Source: Octopus sinensis
Lineage: Eukaryota
Length of the DNA: 64,000 nt
Direction: 5' to 3'
Assembly (NCBI RefSeq): GCF_006345805.1
Contig: NC_042997.1
Location: forward strand, 180,234,001 to 180,298,000
Shown one piece after another: positions 56,435 to 64,000 of this stretch. The number at the start of each line of letters is the position of its first letter. Within the stretch, counting starts at the first letter, position 1. The notes beneath the pieces were generated by a model, which was not told the DNA's origin, did not search any database, and saw nothing but the letters and a program-made list of their open reading frames with translations. A program made the position numbers and the translations under genes.

Positions 56435-56520
56435 ATTTTCCTGAAGAGAAAGCTGCAAAACGGTCTCCTTATTCAATCCGAATTAGGGAATTTGCAGCCT
56501 TTGAAACATGTGTAGAAAAT
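56435..56520 (+). ncRNA. Type I hammerhead ribozyme (right arm)
   Basis: AUUUUC-CUGAAGA-GAAAGCUGCAAA..UUUGCAGCCUUU-GAAACAUGUGUA-GAAAAU. Cleavage predicted after 56514. Confidence 0.8.
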
Positions 56521-56772
56521 AATAAAAAGGAATTTTGTAAAATATTCGTTCAGCTCCATTTCTTCCCTCACTAAATATATATATATATTAAATTAGAGAT
56601 AAAACCACTATTAGGCGAATCAAACAGTGAAAATCATAAACCAATACATAGAAATAAAATTAATTAATAAAAAATATATAAAATATAAAATTCAAAATTT
56701 AAATTATTTAAATTTAAAGTTAAAATTAAAAAATTATTTAAATTAATAATTTATACTTATAAATTTTTATAC

Positions 56773-56839
<67 letters not shown>

Positions 56840-57032
56840 CATGGCTGAAGTTATATGACTGAAATAAGTCATAAGGATTACCTTTAAGAATTTTCCTACT
56901 TAATAAAACATTACTCTTCAAATTATTTACCTCGGGTCACATTGAAATGAGGAAAAACTTTAAAAACCTTTATTGCAGATTAGTGGTATATGTTATAATA
57001 TGTAATATCTTACAAACCCATTGAACAGTTAT

Positions 57033-57070
<38 letters not shown>

Positions 57071-57559
57071 GTGTGTGTGTGTGTGTGTTGAGAGCGAGAA
57101 AGTGAGAGAGTGAGACTGAGAGTGATTTGGCCAGTAAAATGATTTTGTTTGTAACGATGAATATTCCGTGACTAAACAATAAATCAAGTAGGTTAAACTA
57201 AATGGAAGCGTGCTATTCTTTACAGTTTATTTCATTTAATTTCCACATAAAAGAACATCAGGTTAGACAGTCGGTGCACCTGATTATCTTAATGACATAA
57301 AATTCATATTTTCGTTTTAAGAATTTAGTCTTGTACAGTCAAGTAGTTACAGTCTACACTAATACAGGGTAACCATAAGCATCTTATATGGTTAATACCT
57401 AGCTTTAAAGAGTACTCTCAGAAATACTAATGCTTCTGAGATAAACTTCAAGACATTTAGTATAGTGAAAATTTCAAATATTCATAACAATCATAGTATT
57501 TTTTTCTTTTGTAAAGAGCAAGAGATAAAAAAATAATAACACATATTGTGACTGCGGTA

Positions 57560-60500
57560 CAGGGCAAAACAATGCAGGGTCACACAAAAGTTGGTGTTAA
57601 AAAGAACAACGGTAAAATTAATTACAGCAGGGATATATTTCCCATTTCAGAAACAGTTCCTAGGACAGCTCGTAGAAACACCACAAAACCAGGATTTGTC
57701 TGACCACTATGGCAAGTGCCATCTCCTCGTTATCCTCCTTCCTTCTACATATCTTGACATAAACCTACAAGTCGACAATTTTCGGGCACTGCTCGCGTGC
57801 ATACTGAACCATTTCGTCGCATTTGCATGCATTTCCTCCGTTAGAGTTTGTCTCGAACAAGCAACGTATACCACTCGAAGGAAATATTCCTAGGCCAAAG
57901 ATTTCAGACCAATCAGTTTATTCTCAGTGACTTACGGAATCTCCCCGAAAACATCGTTGCTCTTAACCGCCACCAAACATCTATAGAACATCTACAGAAG
58001 TGAGAATTCCATCAACCTCATTACCCTACTGATAGAGAACTGTGAGTGAATGACGGCATTCAAGATGCTATGACCCTACATCGGTCTACGCTTGCTCCAG
58101 TTCGACAGCTCAGTCAGAGTCGAGCTGTGGAAAAGAGAGTCGGACAAAGGTCTCCACACCAATTCACTGTCAAAGACACGCTGAAGATGTCTGCTTATGA
58201 TTAGTCATATCATACACAATATGTTTTTTAACAGCAGGTCTTCACGATAAATCGAACGCCTGGCTAGCAGAAAGGAGTTTATATACAGAGGTATACGCAC
58301 TTCAGTCTATTACAGAAGCGATATATGCATTAGCTATCTCTCCGTAGCCTTTTAGTGATACTATTCTGTCCGCTCATTTCTATGTAAGATTGACCACTCT
58401 TCCCCAGTTCTCCGCCTGTAGATAGATCAGGAACAAACCAGACAACAAGCAAACTAATCAGTCCATTAGTCTAGCTTCCCATGACGTCAAGGTGCCGAGC
58501 AGGAGGCTCACTGACTTTTCTTGGTTAACATTTGCTCCTCTTACCGTCTCACAATCTATTAGAACAGTGCCGATCAGGTCTATGTACTTGCACGTGCTGA
58601 CTTGTTTTTACCACGTCCTAATTCACGTAGGGTGCTCCTCAACATCTGCAGTTAGCGCAGTAGAGACTCCAGAGTTCGTACATACAGAAAAGACAGGAGG
58701 GTATATTTTTGACCAATGCGCGCATGATATTGAATGGTTGCGATAGGTAACTATTGACTAGAAATATCGAATTGATGTCGCTATATTTTATGGCAACCCA
58801 GCTACCGAATTGAGGGCGAAACACACCTCAGAGGGAACGGCTACCAAGTACTGGTGGTGGATACTGTCAAAGGTTTTCGATTGATCCAAATTGACCAGGG
58901 CCCCACCTATTCTAACCTCTTTACCATAATTCTCTATGTTGTATAAAGGTAGTGAGTGCCGTGGATAAACCTCCTTGGGATGTCTCAAGTTTGCAAATCA
59001 CCAACCAGTCGCTAGATGACAGGTGCCAATATCTTCGCTAATACCAGGGCAAACATTTTGAGATCTGCGTGTAGCAGAATAATGGGCCAAATCTGTTCTA
59101 TTTGATTCTCCTTTTCGAGGTCGTTTCTTAGCAGTGCCACGTTCGCGACACACATAACTATAGATTCCCTCGTTGCACTGTAATTTGAAGTAGATAGTTG
59201 CTAAGAGACTTCGAAACAAGTCTGCAATTTGCCCCCCTTTGCAGCCCGTAATTCTGTGGCTGTCATCGGTTTTTCCAGCTCCTAAAGCATCTTTCCTCCC
59301 CTCGTTCCTTATGGTACGCAGCTTAGCTCTGGTAGTACTACCTTCGTGCAGAGCGGTGGAAAATTAGCCTGGGCTAATCTCGCCACGAACACATCGGTTG
59401 CAGATGTTTTCTTAAATATTTGTTCTAAATTTTTAATAAAGCCTCCCTTTATTCTCTTTCGCTTTTATCACTTTAGCCTCATTAAACTTTAATTGCCCAT
59501 TTCAGAATAAACCACTATTTGTAGCTGACAACAGATGCTTTCAACGCCCGGTTAGATAATTTGCTAATCGGGTCTCTTTAAGATTGGCACATCGAGTGTG
59601 ACGCGTTCAGCTTCCAGTAACCCACTACCTGCCTACAGAGCCAATTTTGGTCGACCGTACATGCCAAACATGTGTGGTCTGTATAGCCGACAGTTTAAAA
59701 AGTGGACAACTTATGCTATTCTTATCTACTCCCCTACAGAATACTCTGTCTAGATACAATGTAGATGACCCGATGTAGTGCGTCATTGATCAAATTTGCA
59801 TATTGGGGAAATGTATTCAACACCTAACAAATTTACGAGACTTTAGCAATCAGCTACACCTGCCCCTCGCCCCCAAAAGAAAATCCAGATGTGCATATAA
59901 GATGATGTTCCAGTCACCCACTAACACTAAATCTATAAACGCCTCGTGAAATTCGGCTCTCCTGTCTCTGCCGGAGCATAAAGAGCTACCACACTAAAAA
60001 CATCCCCACTGCGACCATTCACATCTAGGACCACCACCTTTCCTTTTTGAGACCGAGAAGATGGTCCTTATTTTCAGATTCAGACCTTTTAGGGGAAATA
60101 CCGCAGTTTCACTCTCCTTTCGCGAGTGATACGGAAATAAGTAAATCTCCTATCCACCAAAAATTGGCATGCATGCTCGTGAATTCTTAAAGTCTGTTCT
60201 CGCTCAAGACTACAACATCTATATTGAGTGATCTCAGGGCTTTGAGTATGTGGTATTATTGCCAATGAACCCCCAGACCACATGCGTTTATATTGCCTAT
60301 TAAAAGCATGACCGTGTAAGAGAAGACATTAGGAGAGTGAAAAGAAACACCCAATTTCTGTGGAGAAACGTGAGTGTTATCCTTCGTGATACATGTGTGT
60401 ATGTCCACGTGCAGTTCTTTATATAGTATTTTGTTTAAGCTGGCTCAAAGTTCTTTTGTAATGAAGTAAATGATTAATGTAATGTAGCTGTCGTATATGA

Positions 60501-62260
60501 TGCTAGCATTTTCATATACGTGTCCCATTAGCGTTATATGATTTGCATTTATGATGGTGTAGTTAGCAATGTCTTGCTTTTGTTCATTCTGAGGGATCCT
60601 GATCGTTGCTGTGTTTGTGCGTGTGGTAATAGTGTCTATGCTAGTGGTGTTGATCGGAATAATGGTATTAAAAGTTGATGGTATACCTGCAGTTGTGGCT
60701 GGTGTTGGTACATTTTAGCTTGAATTTATCTCCCTTATTTGGCCTTAACTCAAAACCTTTTGGATTGGTACATTTTTGTTTCATTTTCTTTTCTTTGCCT
60801 TAGTTACTGTCTTCCGTATCATCTTAACATGAAATATTTGTGTGGCGTGAGTCCGGCGGGAATATGTCTAGGGAAGGTTTGTCATGTTTTTTTCTTGATA
60901 TATTCGTTATTACTGAGGGTGGGGTTCCCTTTCTGGTTTTGTTAGCGCTATCTGTGATCAGGTAGTCCTTGGTGTTAATGCATTTCAGATATTTTACTTG
61001 CTTCAAATTTTGTTGTTATTGCTGTTGTTGCCGCCATCACTGATGTTGCTAATACTGCTACTATTGGTTTTGCAGTTGCTACTTTTACTCTTACTGCAGT
61101 TGTGCTCGCCTGATTCTGTTGAGGCTGTAGCTATTACGGTACTTGAGGTTATTTTCACTTTGACAGTGGTGCTTTCACAGTAGTGGTTGGTATGGTAGTG
61201 TTGTTGTTGTTGTTGGCGGTTGTGGTGGTGATGCTGGTGATGGTGGTGGTGGTGGTGGTGGTGGTGGTGGTAGTATCGGCAGAAGAAGTGACCTCCTTTT
61301 ATTTCCTATGGGCTAAAAGCTTCGAGGTGTTTTTGTTACCACACATTTGACACTTCAGTCTACTACTCTCGACAGATATGTGCAGTCCTGTGCCATCTGA
61401 CAGATTACTTAGTTCCGCTATCATTTCCATGCACTGATTCTCAATCCGTATGAGAATTTCCATTACTTGACCTGTCCATCTCTGCTTCTGCAGACACTGA
61501 TCCTTTCTATATCGATCAGATCCGACGCCATCAACCAGCAGATGTTGATTTCTGGATACACGTTGATCACACTTAATTCTAAGAGCCCTACGACCGACGT
61601 AAATTGGTATGAGGACCAGTTTGTCATTCATTTGGGTGGTTGTTGTGTGCTTTCTGGCATCTTCCTCTATGGCGAATCTCACCTCTAAAGTTTTAATTTT
61701 CTTTCCCCTATGTCTCCAAATTGTATTACGATACTTAAAATCAGCCGGTGTGTTGCCTTTTCTACTTTACCATTTTTGCTGCTATGGTTTTGTATGTAAC
61801 TATTCCCAGATAATTTAGATTCTGGACAGGTCTTGCATGTACAGTTCCACGTTTAGGCCACATTTCTCCGACATAGTTTTCGCACTTTTAATTCACTTAA
61901 GTCGATAAAAATTTCTGCGTTCATTTGACGCACCACGCCGGTGGTAACACTAAAGCTAGATTCGTAAGTTATATTTTCGCTTTTTTTTTTAATGAAAGTT
62001 AATGGTTTTGTTGACGGAGGAGGTGGAACGTGATAATGTGTTCAACGGAGAATATAATTCCTTTTTTTTTTGTTGTTGTTGTGTAGTGGGCTCATGCTAT
62101 TTGTTGTTTTAGATTTCATTGCTCTTGCTTTAGTATTTTTAATTCGCCTTGTTGTTCTTAGTGTTTTGGGAGTGTAGTCAAAGTGTGATGATCGTAATGG
62201 TGTTGCTTTTCTAATGCTTTTTATTGTTTCCATTGCTATTTGTACACTGTGTGTTAAATG
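57560..62260 (-). mobile_element. Near full-length, heavily decayed L1/Tx1-type LINE
   Basis: ORF1 remnant with frameshifted knuckle KCQMCGNK.HLEAF (about 61310-61355), APE start (LNIDVVVLSE), RT GGALVNLDQSKTFDSIHHQYL (58788..58988). Boundaries are approximate. Confidence 0.75.
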
Positions 62261-62537
62261 TAAAAGTCGGTAGTGGCGGGAACATTTTCATAATGGATGT
62301 CAGAACGGCCATTATCCTCCTCCATTTGGGAACGCATATTGCATTCTGTTTTAAAAATACATGGAGTTTTCAATAATAAATTAAAATATTCGCTCTTAAA
62401 GGGTTAATTTCTCCACAAATCAACCAGCTTCAAAGTGAGTTGGCTTAACTAGCAGATAGTCCAACAAAATGCAAATATCGAAACACGAAACAAAAGTTAA
62501 ACAAAAGTTACGAGCTGGAAACAAACGACTTCATAGC

Positions 62538-62699
<162 letters not shown>

Positions 62700-63262
62700 T
62701 GCCCTGATGCAGTGCCAGGCAGTGGCTCTCGTGGCTTCTAATCTTAACTGATTGGAAGTGTTATCATGCACATTGTTTCGTCTTGGTATAAAAGATTGGC
62801 TACAGCAAATATTCTGCTCAATACCAGAGATTTGCTTGTCAGTTGTTTGACCTTAACCAGTTGAGCATGTCCCTTAGTGGCTGACGATATGTGCATCTCT
62901 GATCACAGGCAGAAGTAGAGGGGGAGCATCATAGCCATGTGTTGAGAGGGATTCTTTGGGGTTTTAATCATTCACCTCTGCTAACATGGGTGTTTCGTTC
63001 AACGTCCTTAAACAACCCTTATTCAGGGGCCTTTTGAGTGGGATGGGCTACTCGACCAGAAGGAAATTCTAACTGGGCCCCACCTACAAGGTCATGTGCT
63101 GTTTATCTTGATATGAGATCGCCATGTCGCGTATATATGGTTGTGATGCATGTGCCTAGTGTACCTTTATCAGACGGGTATTCATGATGGGTATACCGGT
63201 ATACTGGGCTTCGTATATTTTACCCTAGTGTCGGTTTGATGGCATGCACTGCTCTCTCACGC
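62700..63262. mobile_element. Full copy of the 555-bp (AAT)n-flanked element
   Basis: Co-terminal with 21451-22005. AAT arrays on both sides. Confidence 0.92.
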
Positions 63263-63321
<59 letters not shown>

Positions 63322-63322
<1 letters not shown>

Positions 63323-63791
63323 CTTGGTATAAAATATAGACTACAACAAAGTTTCTGATAAATACCACATGTTTACTTGTCAGTTATTTGACCTCAACCT
63401 GTTGAGCATGTCCCTTAGTGGCTGACGATATGTGCATTTCTGATTAGAAGCAGAAGTAGTGGGGTAGCATCATAGCCATGTCTCAAAGGAACTTGTGGCA
63501 TTTAAATATTTCACGTCTGAAAACATGGCCGTTTCGTTCAACATCCTTAAACAACCCTTATTCAGGGAACTTTTGAATGGGATTGGTTACAAGACCTGAA
63601 GAAAATTCTAACTGGGCCCCCACCTGCAAGGTTATGTGCTATTTATCTTGATATGAGATCACCATGTTACTCACACATCGTTGTTATACATGTGCCTGTG
63701 TTACGCTCTTGAGATGGGTAGTCATTATGTGTAAACTGCGATTCGTATATTTGTACCTGTGTCATTTTGATGGTATGTGCATTGTTCTCTC
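63322..63791. mobile_element. Truncated, more diverged copy of the same element in tandem
   Basis: Starts at TCTTGGTATAAAA directly after (AAT)n and ends ..TCTCAATAATAAT. Confidence 0.88.
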
Positions 63792-63834
63792 AATAATAAT
63801 AACATTAATCCCAACATCAACAACAACAGCAGGA

Positions 63835-64000
63835 ATAATAGACTGGACCATAAAATAATTATAGAAACTTGACTGAAAAACTAGGAAGTTGCTGACCAGG
63901 TGTGGAGCCCACCATCCGAAAACTGATATCAACCGGCTGTACTTAAGGAGACACCAGGGTGGACCAGATTTAATATCAGTAGAAGAATGTGTAGAGATTG
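63835..64000 (+). mobile_element. R4/Dong-type LINE fragment (runs off the window)
   Basis: DW...KLD*KTRKLLT..GAHHPKTDINRLYLRRHQGGPDLISVEECVE matches HPKSDVDRLY..RK.GGRGL..VE.CV. Confidence 0.8.

Larger units (their letters stand above)
56055..56574. repeat. 520-bp foldback palindrome (241-bp arms, plus a 38-bp tandem duplication in the left arm)
   Basis: Centre caatatgcatattg (56333/56334), 3-4 mismatches between arms. Duplication at 56261-56298 and 56299-56336. Confidence 0.97.

Noticed and set aside
56055-56574. Two ORFs encoding nearly the same peptide on opposite strands
   Set aside because: A consequence of the DNA palindrome. No protein homology recognised.

Overview
AT-rich, repeat-saturated animal DNA. 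The SINE families and microsatellite load look like an octopus (coleoid cephalopod) genome; this is recognition, not a search result. No host gene can be firmly called. Most listed ORFs are microsatellite read-throughs, and only a few weak plus-strand micro-exon candidates were seen. The window holds: three decayed Penelope-like elements (PLEs; RT plus GIY-YIG), two decayed L1/Tx1-type LINEs, five R4/Dong-type LINE fragments, one RTE and one CR1 fragment, four Tc1/mariner remnants, Helitron-like elements, about 15 tRNA-derived SINE copies or fragments, four copies of a 555-bp element associated with (AAT)n arrays, two microsatellite-bounded tandem duplications and large microsatellites. The main finding is a set of seven type I hammerhead ribozyme (HHR) motifs, read directly from the sequence, in about five unrelated small elements lying in or near (TA)n tracts. 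All have the short (near-)palindromic stem III typical of PLE and retrozyme HHRs. They include an HHR at the 3' end of a PLE, a 507-bp terminally redundant retrozyme-like unit, and a 520-bp near-perfect foldback with one HHR on each strand.
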